This document shows positions 63,440 to 64,000 of a DNA stretch of 64,000 nucleotides, in pieces. Source of the DNA: Diadema antillarum (taxonomy: Eukaryota); NCBI RefSeq assembly GCF_040938485.1, contig NW_027272012.1, positions 124,001-188,000 on the forward strand. Reading direction: 5' to 3'. The translations under genes and the position numbers were made by a program. Under the pieces are notes generated by a model that was not told the origin of the DNA, searched no databases, and saw nothing but the letters and a program-made list of their open reading frames with translations. Numbering within the stretch: position 1 is the first letter of the stretch; the number at the start of each line of letters is the position of its first letter.

Positions 63440-63575
63440 TGACTTGCTATCGTCGCTATGTTCACGAAGACGTGGTCTACAGGTAGGCGCTCTCCGCACT
63501 CTGTCACAAGGCTCTCGGTTCAAGCCATGTAGTAGTACCTGTCTCTCTGGTCAACACATTTCACTCTGTAACGAT
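63440..63575 (+). mobile_element. Probable tRNA-derived SINE
   Basis: A-box-like TGGTCTACAGGTAGG (about 63473-63487) and B-box-like GGTTCAAGCC (63517-63526) at tRNA-like spacing. No complete cloverleaf or CCA. Confidence 0.4.
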
Positions 63576-64000
63576 AGCTATGCTATAAAATCCCCCCCCC
63601 CCCACTGTTGTTGTTTTCTTCTTAGGCCAACTTGTTGTTCTTCTTTGCGAGTTTTTTTTTTTTTTGGATAAAAAGATGTGTATCTGGCAGGAAATTATGC
63701 CGCTTTCGTGGTTGATGGATTTAACGTGGGTGCGCCTTCAACTGCAACCTGGCTAGGATATTCTACCAAGGGAGGGGAGTGAATTCACCCGAAAAAATGT
63801 AGGTTTGACCCCAAAGACTTTCGTTAAAAAAAAAGAAGAAAAATCATTGTAAAGTCCTTTGAGCACTCTGACGTGATCTAAAAGGAGACCTCCGGATGAT
63901 TTTCAGACTTATACAGTTTCAATTCAATTCAATCATAGTTTATTTCCAATCAACGAAAATCAAAACATAGTACAAAGTATACATGTCATAAAATGATATT

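Noticed and set aside
63329-63523. ORF with C-type-lectin-like SCYHFQ...W...C
   Set aside because: It overlaps a SINE-like element, all three frames from the nearest acceptor hit stops, and the phase does not fit downstream exons.

Overview
AT-rich animal genomic DNA, probably an invertebrate deuterostome such as an echinoderm (inferred from gene style and repeat types). It has two N-gaps (56776-57008, 58269-58420). Contents in order: (1) the 5' end of an unidentified minus-strand gene (coding start MSSSSASERNGVAVPMD at 1444) with a paralogous exon-like copy at 5658-5735. (2) A complete 7-exon NSUN5 gene (+, 9851-24496, about 568 aa). About 93% of its intron 2 is a nested transposon: a Sola2-like element with a 4-bp TSD containing a 4.45-kb Academ-like foldback element with a 3-bp TSD. 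(3) A decayed, internally deleted Transib (RAG1-core-related) transposon at about 25368-28521. (4) A giant minus-strand transmembrane mucin of at least 5,800 aa: Sushi-Sushi, one 15,789-bp Thr/Ser/acidic tandem-repeat exon, EGF-SEA-EGF, TM, and a ~160-aa tail ending in a class I PDZ ligand. Its N-terminus was not found. Several MITEs with readable TIRs/TSDs, a Helentron-type element and SINE-like relics are also present. No rRNA, bona fide tRNA or CRISPR array was seen. All splice models were read by eye from GT/AG sites and phase continuity, and family assignments are by motif recognition, not database search.
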